Positions 50,153 to 59,521 of a stretch of DNA of 64,000 nucleotides are shown piece by piece (positions within the stretch are counted from its first letter, which is position 1; every line of letters begins with the position of its first letter). The DNA lies in contig JBBILD010000002.1 in NCBI GenBank assembly GCA_037445065.1, forward strand, positions 1 through 64,000. Reading direction: 5' to 3'. The notes beneath the pieces were generated by a model. That model did not search any database. It had not been told where the DNA came from and worked only from the letters and a program-made list of their open reading frames with translations. This stretch comes from Myxococcales bacterium (GTDB taxonomy: Bacteria; Desulfobacterota; Binatia; HRBIN30). A program made the translations under genes and the position numbers.

Positions 50153-52453
50153 TCAACGCACGCCGGGTACATTGCGGAAGACACACGGGCCATCGCAAAA
50201 ATTTTCTACACGCCCGTCCGGGCGTAGAAAGGCATCCAATTGCCGCTGCGCCGCGTCGAGTCTGCGCACCGCCTCGTGGACTCCGTTCTCGAATTCGGGC
50301 GCCGTGTTGCTGAGCGGCGGCGCTGAGCCTCCCACGTCGAACGGAACCCAGGCCGAGCCGTCGAACGGCGCCTCTCGTTCAGGAATGCCAAAAGCGGGGT
50401 ACGCAGAGGGGCTCACGGCCGGAATCCCGAGACTTCGTACCTGGATTTCTGTGGCGACGTGCGACACTTGGGAGTCGTTGATTCCGGTATGAATGAGAAT
50501 CTTCTTCGCGGGGGTGCCGGGAAGCGGATCCTCCACCAGGTGGGATAAATACCCATTTGGCTCTGCTCGGTCCCAGAGTTGTTGGAGCAGAGGGTACATG
50601 ACTGCCCGGGCCAGTTCGTCAGGGTACGCCTGCTGAAAGACGAAGAGAAAAGGATTGAAGTCGATACTGCGCTGCAACAGAAAACTGTAATTCGATGCCC
50701 CGACCCCAAGAACACCGCGGGTGATGTTGGGTGCCAAAGCGAGAAACGCTGCTCCTTCGATCGCTCCTTGGCTGTTCCCGTGATAATAAAGCTCGCGCTG
50801 GTCGATGATAGGGATCCCTGCGAACTGAAAGGCAGGATGGGAACTGAGTCCGTCAGGAGCGAGTAAGAGCTGGCCCAGAAAAATTTGATTGATCAGGCTT
50901 TGCTGCAAGCGGTCTACAAGCTGGTTGAAGCGACTCAGATCCCCAATCATCCGCAACGTCCCATCGAGATCCTCGTTCGCCATTCCGATCCAATCGGTTG
51001 CCGCAATAATGAAGCCGAACCGTTGCGCCAAAGTCTGCTGCGGGCCTGCCATGACCTCCCCGGCCCCGCTACCAAAGAGCCCGTGTCCATAGATCATTGG
51101 CCGGCCCGGAATCGGTTCGGGTCCTTCCACCGCGGAACGAGGGATGATCACTGTGAAGGGCGCCTCCATAGTGCCGTTCTGCCGCGGGATACCCTGGTCG
51201 TCCAGATTGTAAACCGCTGGGGGGCGTGCGCTGGTTAAAAACAGAGGCACCGTGTAAAAACCTCGCACGCGACGGAACACCTGCTCGGTTACGTTGTCTT
51301 CGACAGAGGTCACGCGAAACGGCGGTGCTCCTGGTCCGTTCGCTGCCAGCGCCTGATCGCGGGCAGCGAGTGCCCTTCCCGTTAACGCCTCGGTGCTCGC
51401 TACCACGAAATCCCATGCGAGCTGGAGGTCGGTTCGTTCGATACCCGCACGAGCGAGCACGGCAAAGATGTTCTCGAAATGTTCCCTCCGTTGCTCGATT
51501 GCACGTACCGGGGTCGCCACGCGATCGCGAAGTGCAGCGAAGGCGCGCCGGGGTTGGATCAGTTCTCCTCGCGGATCACGCAGGCCGCGCAGGGCAACAA
51601 CATAGCGGCGATTTTCTCTGAGACGTACTCCGGGGCGCAAAATCAGCGAGCGCGTGGCGTAGGAGGTCGCATGCGCGTCGAGTTCGGCAAAGTGTAAAAT
51701 CCGTTCGCCCGTCTCCGCATCGAGTAGAACGGTCGGCGAGGTCGGCCGAAGCGATGCAGCCATGTCCGTGATCGGCGGCAGTCCCGAGGCCAGCGGATCA
51801 ATTCCTTCCGGGAATAGGGCTAACATCATTGCACCTGGGCTGAACCCGTCGAGCGTGTTCCATTCCGCCGGATCAACGTGCACGCCGCGCTGGTTCGCCG
51901 GCATCGCTTGCCGCTCGTAGTTGACCCGGAAGCCGGTCGGTGTGGTAGGATCGGCACGCAAGAAAAACGACGACGGGTAGGGGTAGAGGCAGACTTCGGG
52001 AACGAGGAAATCGCAGATCTGTGGAGCCCGGTCGAGTTCGCACAGGGGTTCGACCCGAGCGACGTCTGGATCGGAACAAGTTCCGGGAACATACGTGTTG
52101 GTCGGCGAGGCCGTGGCGGTGGGCGTGGGTGCAAGCGTGGGGGGCAAGGTCGCTGTCGCTGAGGCAGTCGCGGTGGGCACCCGGGTGGGCGTGAAATTTG
52201 CCACCGGCGTGAATGTGCTCGTGCTCGAAGCGCGGGTGAACGTCAGAGTCGCCGTGGGAGTGGCACTAGAGCGAGGCGGTGTGGGCGTATGAGTTGCAGT
52301 CAAACTGGGGGACGGGCTGGGCGAGAACGGGGCTGGGGATTCCGTGTGGGGAATATTAATATTGTGGTTGTCCCCGTCTCCCCCGCATCCCACGAGTGAC
52401 AGCAACAGACCTAGAGTGAACGCCGCTATGGTTCCCCTCCGCGAAAATCCCAT
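50153..52453 (-). CDS. Lipoprotein with long Pro/Thr linker and alpha/beta-hydrolase-like C-terminal region
   Basis: Lipobox LVGC-GGDGD, ~80-aa PT linker, NTLDGFS, YGHGLFG, GNSQG nucleophile elbow. Confidence 0.8.
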   Translation of the reverse strand: MGFSRRGTIAAFTLGLLLSLVGCGGDGDNHNINIPHTESPAPFSPSPSPSLTATHTPTPPRSSATPTATLTFTRASSTSTFTPVANFTPTRVPTATASATATLPPTLAPTPTATASPTNTYVPGTCSDPDVARVEPLCELDRAPQICDFLVPEVCLYPYPSSFFLRADPTTPTGFRVNYERQAMPANQRGVHVDPAEWNTLDGFSPGAMMLALFPEGIDPLASGLPPITDMAASLRPTSPTVLLDAETGERILHFAELDAHATSYATRSLILRPGVRLRENRRYVVALRGLRDPRGELIQPRRAFAALRDRVATPVRAIEQRREHFENIFAVLARAGIERTDLQLAWDFVVASTEALTGRALAARDQALAANGPGAPPFRVTSVEDNVTEQVFRRVRGFYTVPLFLTSARPPAVYNLDDQGIPRQNGTMEAPFTVIIPRSAVEGPEPIPGRPMIYGHGLFGSGAGEVMAGPQQTLAQRFGFIIAATDWIGMANEDLDGTLRMIGDLSRFNQLVDRLQQSLINQIFLGQLLLAPDGLSSHPAFQFAGIPIIDQRELYYHGNSQGAIEGAAFLALAPNITRGVLGVGASNYSFLLQRSIDFNPFLFVFQQAYPDELARAVMYPLLQQLWDRAEPNGYLSHLVEDPLPGTPAKKILIHTGINDSQVSHVATEIQVRSLGIPAVSPSAYPAFGIPEREAPFDGSAWVPFDVGGSAPPLSNTAPEFENGVHEAVRRLDAAQRQLDAFLRPDGRVENFCDGPCVFRNVPGVR
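52094..52345 (-). repeat. Pro/Thr/Ser low-complexity linker coding region
   Basis: SPSPSPSLTATHTPTPPRSSATPTAT...PTPTATASPTNT. Confidence 0.85.
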
Positions 52454-53606
52454 GGTTCGACCCCTTCCCACTAGAAACTGTTTTGCACTCCGCTGCGTGC
52501 CCTTTTTCTTGACTGCAGCAAACGTGAACAAGCGCTTGAAGCCGTGTTTTGACCCATTGAGGCACTTAGGACAAGGCTGGCGAGGTAGCCGCTAGCTTTT
52601 GCACGGCCAGCAGTCCCGAGTTCGACCCGAGGATACCAGTGAGTGCTTGTGGTCGCTCGCTTCGAACCTGTGACCGTTGGGCTGGCTGGTTATGGTGGTT
52701 CAGCCGAAACCTGGCCGGGGCGGTGTTTGCTGTGGAGATTGATGATCCTCGCAACGCCGTTGCCGACTGAAAACGGCCTGAAGGCTGCGCGCTCGGAAGC
52801 CCTAAAGACGCTTTCGCCTTGTGTTCTGGAGAGCCGGCAGCTTCTGGTGAGGCGGTTCTTCATGGTCCCTTGGTTGAGGCTGTTGGGCTGCACCGCGTCC
52901 AAGGGAACGTCCAGCCGCATGCCCGAGGAGCGGTGCTCTCGACCGTTGCGGCGCGGCTGTTCCGCAGCTCAACCACGGTAGCCTCGAGGCGGTGTGCACG
53001 AAGCCCCGTTGATCTATTGGGCGCTGCCGGTCGGTATCCAACCCGGTATCGGCGTGCGCGACGAAGGTTGCTACCACGTGCTGGTCCGTTCGCATCCGCC
53101 GTGGTGCGCATCGCCGCGGCGACACGTGGTTCGTGCCTGCCTCTCTTAAGTTCACTTCCCCACGGATTGCACCGACGGGGCAAGGTGCGTCGCTGGGCGG
53201 TCTTAGCCATGCGAAGGAATGGCGTTTCGATGACAGGCGGTGAACACCCCACGTCAGATTCGAGGCCCGCTCGCGGGCAGCTCTCCCGAGCCTGTCGCAG
53301 CATTGTTACGACAGCGCTTTGCTCGATTGGCTTTCCTGGGAACTCGAACCGCGCGATCGGCCAACAGACCCGATCGTTTTCCTCCCTTTGCTTTTAGCGC
53401 CACCTTTTGAAGAGGCCCGATCGCTGCGATTCAGGCCGGGAAAGGGTTGCAAGTTGCAAGAGGAGGATTTTCTCCTCGCGCATTTCCCCTTCGCTGCCCA
53501 CGAAGCCGTCCCGTGACACGCAAATACACCTACGGACGCCGCATCAGCGCGGCAACGCAGAGGGATTTTTACCGTTGCTCCGGGACGCAAACCCAACGCC
53601 AGTCTC

Positions 53607-54419
53607 TCAGTTGCTGGTGAACTGGTTCACCCTCCCCGTCACCTCCAGGTTAAAAGTGCCGCGAGGCGGCGGGTTCCCAGCAACAATCAAGTTCGGTCGC
53701 ATCGGTGCGGGCTCGACGTGGAACGTCAGAGCACCTCCCGAAACAGAGTCAATGACCAGTGTGGCCCCGGTCGTTTGCCAGATACGCGGCTGCGGAATAC
53801 CCACATTGGGTGTTTCAACGTACGTCATGGTGCCCAGCGGGGGTGTGATCGGATACCTACCCGGCGCAAAACCGCTGCGCGCTCCAATGATCCCGATTTG
53901 CACGCCGCGACGGAGTTGTCCCGGTGCCTCGCAGGTATTGCCAGTGATGGCCCAAACGTAAAGCCCGGTGTTCGGATCACGAACTTGAGCCGCGGCAGCG
54001 ATCGTGAGCCGTGCCGGGGAGAGTTCGGCATTGGTGTCGACCGGAGCTGACAGAATGGCCGTGATGTCTCCACTGTCACACCCAGGGATGGGCACGGGCG
54101 TCGCCGTGGGCGATCCGAACGTTGGCGTCACTGTCCGTGTGGGTGTGGGAGTTCGAGGGACGCCAGAGCAGCCGACGAGTGCGTTGTTCACCGAAGAAAT
54201 CAGCTCGTTGATGGTGACCTCGCCGTCCCCGTTGATATCACTCGCGGTACAGGTCGAAACCGCTGCCAAGCCAAGCGCGATGTTCACCCCGCGAATGACT
54301 TCGTCAACCGTCACCTGACCGTCATCGTTGCAGTCGCCCGAGCATTGGGCGCGCACGGTGGCTGCCGACAGAGCCACCAGGATCAGATACGTAACCCCGA
54401 TCGCCCGAAAACGAATCAT
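53607..54419 (-). CDS. Exported protein: N-terminal Cys-dockerin-like module, PT linker, unknown beta-rich domain
   Basis: Signal peptide ending VRA; CSGDCNDDGQVTVDEV...DINGDGEVTINEL...LVGC; GGAGG RBS. Confidence 0.85.
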   Translation of the reverse strand: MIRFRAIGVTYLILVALSAATVRAQCSGDCNDDGQVTVDEVIRGVNIALGLAAVSTCTASDINGDGEVTINELISSVNNALVGCSGVPRTPTPTRTVTPTFGSPTATPVPIPGCDSGDITAILSAPVDTNAELSPARLTIAAAAQVRDPNTGLYVWAITGNTCEAPGQLRRGVQIGIIGARSGFAPGRYPITPPLGTMTYVETPNVGIPQPRIWQTTGATLVIDSVSGGALTFHVEPAPMRPNLIVAGNPPPRGTFNLEVTGRVNQFTSN

Positions 54420-55779
54420 CTTCCGACCTCCCGACTGTATTGCCTTTGTCGAAACCCTGCTGCCGTCCCCTCCGAAGCAGGGGAGCGCGTTCGTCACCGG
54501 CCCCCGTCACGGGTTCGGGCACGAGGTGCATGCTCGATGCCCTAGCACAAGGATGCACCCGCACAGACTGGCAGACCGCCGGCAGAGCGGAGAGACATTG
54601 CGCGGTAGGTCCAGCGAGCGAGTGCACCACTGATAGAACCCTCGTGGCCTCCAACGAAGGGGGCAGAGGGGAAGATGAAGGGAGCCAATTCCTATCGAAC
54701 CAACCACGTGCCCGATCCTCTCTTCTCGGCGCGCTTATCGCCGCCCTCCTTCAAGACCTGGCCGTAACGCCTATTATGCGCGGACGATCCGCCGGCAGGG
54801 CCGTACTGCCCGGAGTTGTCGGGAGATCGGCGTCGCAACAACATGGGCACTCCCGAGTACCTTGCGACGTGTCACTTGGCAAGGAGAAACTGTCAGACTT
54901 CGGCTTTGATTTTGCCCCCGTCAACGCGCCCGGGAGGGTGCTCGATGGGTGTGGCTGCCCAGCCAAGGGCCGCGGGTGAGTCCCTGTGAATTTGCGGGCG
55001 GCTCGAGCGAGCTCCGGCGCTGGCTCGCGTTCGTCAAGGGCCCTGCGCATCCGAGTGGGTTGTCGTGGCGCACAACGAGCGATTCCTGAACGCTGCAGGT
55101 GTTCGAGGCCAAGCGGCCGCCGGGCGCGCAGCGCCGTCCCACCGCGCCTACACCGAGTACCTACCTGAGGTCATCTCGGTGCGTTCGTTCCTTTCGTAGC
55201 GACTCAACTCCCGGAAAAGCGCCGTGCTCAATGCACGGGCGCTCCGGCAAGTAAGCCAGGTTGTTTTGCGTTTGTCGCGGACTTCGATGCAACCCCGCCC
55301 AGCGATTGTGTCCCTCGTGTGTGCAGCGAACGCCTATTGGTCGCTTCCGATCCTCGTGCGAAACACACGGGTTGCAGGTGAAGCTGTGTGGTGGAAGTTC
55401 CTTTGTGCCGCAACTCTCACGCCGGTGGCGGATTCGTGTCCTCCCTTCCGAGTTTGTCCATTGTGCGCGTTGTGCTCGCTCGGTGGCTGAACTGGCCGCT
55501 CTGAGTGTGCAGGGGGTTTTTCGCACGCGCAGACGGGCTCGGCAGACCCCGAGAGCGGTCACTTGGCCCGCGGGCAGTGGCTGTCTTCCCGGGTTCGCTC
55601 GGTGCCCAGGCGAAAAGAGGCCCGATTTTCCCCAACCCATCTGTGCTCACGCTGGATTCGCTTCGGATCTGTCGCGCTCAAGCGTGTGGAGTCACGTCAG
55701 TGCTCAGGCAAGACGACAATCGGAAGGAGACCGACCTGCCCGGGTCTGACCGTCCTGTGACAAATCGGGTGCGCTTTTG

Positions 55780-57546
55780 TCACGTGGCGGTCAACAGCGC
55801 ACGCGGCACATCCACAACTTTGGCCCGCAGGTACTCGCCGAGGCTTTTGGCTTGCGGATCGAGTCGCGTCGAAGCCGCGACGCCATCCCCGAGCAATCCG
55901 CGAAGGACGAAGTTCAAGCTCAGGAGATTGGGGAGCTCGTGCCGCTCGATCGGCAGAGAGCGGGCTTCGGGGAGTAACGCGCGAAGCCGCTCGACAGTTA
56001 GAAACGAGCGGAGCCAACTGTAAGCGGCTGCGTCTCGCACCCAAACCCCAACGTTCGCGTTCCCGCCTTTGTCGCCCGAGCGAGCCCCCGCGATCAGGCC
56101 GAGAGGTACGGGCACGGTGGGGCCTGTTGGGGGCGGGGGGAGTTCGGCAGCGGGAGCCGCTGGGGGCGGATAGGACCCCGGTACTTCCACCGCAGGGATT
56201 GGAATTCGCTCCTCCCCCAAGACAACTTCTTGGTGCACCGCGGAGGAGGGAACGAGCGTGGGCCAGTAAACGCCAAAGGGGGAAGCGTCCGTCGGCGGTT
56301 GAGTAACGAAGAACCCTGGATAGTTTGCCAACGCAAGTTCTACCGCCTTGTTCGAGAAGGCCCGGCCCACTTTTGCCGCATCGCCGTCTTTGACGCAGAT
56401 TGTCAAATACGCAAAGGCCTCCTCGTTGCACCGGGGGTTCGGGCGGTCCCAACGGTAAAGTTGCACGTCTACTTCCTCGAACTGCTCTCTGCCGCCAACA
56501 GAATGCCAGAGCGCTCGCTGTACGGCGTCGGCTTTCTCCTCGATATCCAAACCAGTGAGAACAAAAGTGACCGAATTCCGGTATCCGCCCAAATAGTTGA
56601 TGCAGACTTTGGTGGTCGTTGGCGGCGGCTCGCCGCGCACGCCAAAGACCCGCACCCGATCCGGTCCCTCCTGCTGCAGACGGATCGTATCGAAGCGAGC
56701 GGTGACATCCGGGTTGAAATACTGCACCCCCTGGATTTCATACAGCAGTTGAGCTGTGACAGTACCGACCGAGACGATTCCTCCCGTCCCCGCGTGCTTC
56801 GTAATCGTACAACTGCCGTCCGCGTACATTTCGGCAACCGGGAATCCGATGCGCTCGATGTCAGGCACCTCGCGAAAGAATGGGTAGTTCCCCCCGGTGC
56901 ATTGGGCGCCGCACTCGATCACATGCCCAGCGACGACTGCACCTGCCAGAGCATCCCAGGCATCCGGGGCCCAACGGAAGTACCAGGCCGCGGGACCCAC
57001 GACTAAGGACGCGTCGGTCACGCGCGGACAGATCACCACGTCCGCCCCGCGGCGCAAGGCCTCGGCAATGCCCCAGCCGCCGAGATAAGCGTTGGCGGTC
57101 AGGATTGGCTTGCGCAGTTCAGACAACGGGATGTCTTTGTCCATGTGCCGGAGTTCGAAGCCAGCTTCCTGCAAGCCGCGCAGTTTCGGGAGCAGATCGT
57201 CCCCTTCGATGTGAGCGATCCTGACCTCCAGCCCTTGCTGCTCCGCCAGTTCCCTCAAGCGACGCGCTAACCCCGCTGGGTTGAGCCCACCGGCATTGCT
57301 CACAATCTTGATGCCGCGCTTCAGGCAGGTGGCCAGCACGTCCTGCATCTGGCGGAGAAACGTTTTCGCATAGCCGGCGTCGGGATCTTTCATACGGTCT
57401 TTGTACAAGATCATCATGGTGAGTTCGGCGAGGTAGTCGCCGGTTAAGACGTCGATGGGGCCGCCTTCGACCATTTCTCGCGCAGCACTCAAGCGATCAC
57501 CGTAAAAGCCACTACAATTGGCAATTCGCAGGACGTCCTTGGCCAT
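55780..57546 (-). CDS. atuA: Acyclic terpene utilization AtuA-family protein (DUF1446)
   Basis: RIANCSGFYGDR, DYLAELT, NAGGLNP, GHVIECG, ARSGDKGG, DPQAKSLGE. Confidence 0.9.
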   Translation of the reverse strand: MAKDVLRIANCSGFYGDRLSAAREMVEGGPIDVLTGDYLAELTMMILYKDRMKDPDAGYAKTFLRQMQDVLATCLKRGIKIVSNAGGLNPAGLARRLRELAEQQGLEVRIAHIEGDDLLPKLRGLQEAGFELRHMDKDIPLSELRKPILTANAYLGGWGIAEALRRGADVVICPRVTDASLVVGPAAWYFRWAPDAWDALAGAVVAGHVIECGAQCTGGNYPFFREVPDIERIGFPVAEMYADGSCTITKHAGTGGIVSVGTVTAQLLYEIQGVQYFNPDVTARFDTIRLQQEGPDRVRVFGVRGEPPPTTTKVCINYLGGYRNSVTFVLTGLDIEEKADAVQRALWHSVGGREQFEEVDVQLYRWDRPNPRCNEEAFAYLTICVKDGDAAKVGRAFSNKAVELALANYPGFFVTQPPTDASPFGVYWPTLVPSSAVHQEVVLGEERIPIPAVEVPGSYPPPAAPAAELPPPPTGPTVPVPLGLIAGARSGDKGGNANVGVWVRDAAAYSWLRSFLTVERLRALLPEARSLPIERHELPNLLSLNFVLRGLLGDGVAASTRLDPQAKSLGEYLRAKVVDVPRALLTAT

Positions 57547-58105
57547 GCGGCTTCCCTAAAACACAGCGTCGCGTACAAGCAAGGTGTGGACAAACTTCCC
57601 GGTGCTCGCGCGGCATCTATGGCCTCCGGGGGACAAACGAACGGGAGAATCGAGGTGCGACGATTTCGAGGAGTAGCTGGCTGTTGCTGGCCCGGCGGGG
57701 CGCGGGCGGGGTTCTGAAGCGAGGGGTAGTCGCGGCGTTCGCTCACTGGTTGCGCAGTGCCCTAGGGAGGGGATTTGACACCCTCCAAGAGAGCGGCGAA
57801 GCGCTGCGACATTTTGCCACTTTGTGCTCGCCTGTCTCTGACCGATACGAACGATGCCCATGACAGAACGTGCGGACCCAAAACGTCCCTTTGATTTGTG
57901 CCTCCAGAGAGTCGTTCCTCCTAGGAGATTGCAGCTGACCCGCTCGGTTTGCCGAAGCTGCAGCTTGGGCAGGCTGCTTTTCGGCTCGCTTCTCACTTGC
58001 GGGCTTGCGCGCCTGCAAGGCCGCCCGAAGAGGTGCGGCCTAGCTAGGTTTTCAACTCCGAGCGTCTGTGCAAGCTTTGAACACGATCTGCAGTAGGCAT
58101 GGAAC

Positions 58106-59479
58106 ATGCCCAGTGTGGGGAATGAGATGTCGCCGGGGTTCTGGAGTAGGGTCGTTCGTCTTTGTGGCTTTGTGGGGGCGACTTGTGCGTTCTTGTTCGC
58201 AGGCCAGGCACAGGGTGAGCTGCCATGGCCATTTCGTGTTCCTCTCGGTTTTCCGCGCCCCAAAGTGCCGGCAGACAATCCGTTATCCACGGAAAAATGG
58301 GCTCTCGGGCGTTTCTTATTTTACGACCTGAGACTGTCGGGAAACCAGACACAGTCTTGTGCATCCTGCCATCAGCAGGCACGAGCCTTCACAGACGGCT
58401 TGCCACAAGCGATGGGCTCCACAGGTGAGCGGCATCCGCGGAGCGCGATGAGCCTGGCAAACGTTGCGTATGCGACCGCTTTGGGATGGGCAAACCCACT
58501 CTTGGATTCACTCGAGAAGCAGGCGCTCGTGCCCATGTTCAATGAGCGGCCGGTAGAACTCGGCCTAGCAGGGAAGGAGGAGGAACTTTTTGCTCGCCTG
58601 GAAGCAGATCCCCGCTACGAGCGGTTATTTGCGGAAGCGTTCCCGCAGGACCCGCGCCCGGTGAATCTCGGCAACATCGTGCGCGCGATCGCCACGTTTC
58701 AGCGCTCCCTGTTGTCCGGAGATTCGCCCTACGACCGCTACATCCAAGGAGTTGACGATCAGGCAATCTCGGAATCTGCTTTTTTTGGGGGGCGTCTATT
58801 TTTTTCCGAAAGGCTGGAGTGCTTCCACTGTCACGGCGGTTTTAACTTCACAGCCTCGGTGACTCACGAGGGAAACCCTTTTGACGAGACGTCGTTCCAG
58901 AACAACGGCCTCTACAACATCGACGGCCGTGGAGCGTATCCGCCGGACAATACGGGCCTGTTCGAAATCACGCGCCTACCGGAGGACATGGGCCGATTCA
59001 AAGCCCCAACGCTACGCAACCTGAGCTTCACGGCGCCGTACATGCATGACGGGAGCATCGCGACTCTGGAGGAGGTCATCTCCCATTACGCTGCTGGGGG
59101 GCGGACGCTGCACACCGGCCCATACGCCGGTGACGGCTCTAAAAACCCGTACAAGAGTAACTTCGTTCGTGGCTTCGAACTCACGGACCAGGAACGCGAG
59201 GATCTGCTGGCGTTCTTACGTTCGCTGGATGACGAGGCGTTCGTGCGCAATCCGCTCTTCAGTGATCCGTTCACGGGGTGGGACTGCGTTGCGGACTGTA
59301 ATTACGACCAGTTGGTCAGCGTCGATGAGCTGGTGCGCGCGGTCGGTACGGCTCTGGGCCTTTCGGCCTTGGCGCATTGCCTCCCAGCTGACGTAAGCGG
59401 CGAGGGAGAGGTCACTGTGGACGAACTCCTCCAAGGGGTTCGGATGCTGCTTTCCGACTGTCACACCGACAGACGGTAA
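58106..59479 (+). CDS. MbnH-like di-heme enzyme (cytochrome c peroxidase/MauG superfamily) with C-terminal Cys-dockerin-like module
   Basis: CASCH and CFHCH heme motifs, NNGLYNIDGRGAYP, FKAPTLRN, PYMHDGS; signal peptide (start may be 58124). Confidence 0.88.
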   Translation: MPSVGNEMSPGFWSRVVRLCGFVGATCAFLFAGQAQGELPWPFRVPLGFPRPKVPADNPLSTEKWALGRFLFYDLRLSGNQTQSCASCHQQARAFTDGLPQAMGSTGERHPRSAMSLANVAYATALGWANPLLDSLEKQALVPMFNERPVELGLAGKEEELFARLEADPRYERLFAEAFPQDPRPVNLGNIVRAIATFQRSLLSGDSPYDRYIQGVDDQAISESAFFGGRLFFSERLECFHCHGGFNFTASVTHEGNPFDETSFQNNGLYNIDGRGAYPPDNTGLFEITRLPEDMGRFKAPTLRNLSFTAPYMHDGSIATLEEVISHYAAGGRTLHTGPYAGDGSKNPYKSNFVRGFELTDQEREDLLAFLRSLDDEAFVRNPLFSDPFTGWDCVADCNYDQLVSVDELVRAVGTALGLSALAHCLPADVSGEGEVTVDELLQGVRMLLSDCHTDRR

Positions 59480-59521
59480 GGTTCGGTCTGGGTGAGAATC
59501 GTGCGGAGGTGAGGAAGTAGG

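Noticed and set aside
52605..52640. GAGTTCGACCC resembling a tRNA/tmRNA T-arm
   Set aside because: No cloverleaf, acceptor stem or CCA end can be built.
53548..53600. GGCAAC...GGGACGCAAAC resembling a c-di-GMP-I riboswitch
   Set aside because: Lacks the GAAA-capped stem and points antisense into the 3' end of a gene.
54440..54979. 179-aa ORF containing KLSDFG, like a kinase DFG motif
   Set aside because: No HRD, VAIK or Gly-rich loop; probably chance.
57547..58105. Possible mbnP remnant upstream of the di-heme gene
   Set aside because: No frame gives MbnP-like sequence; treated as a divergent promoter region.
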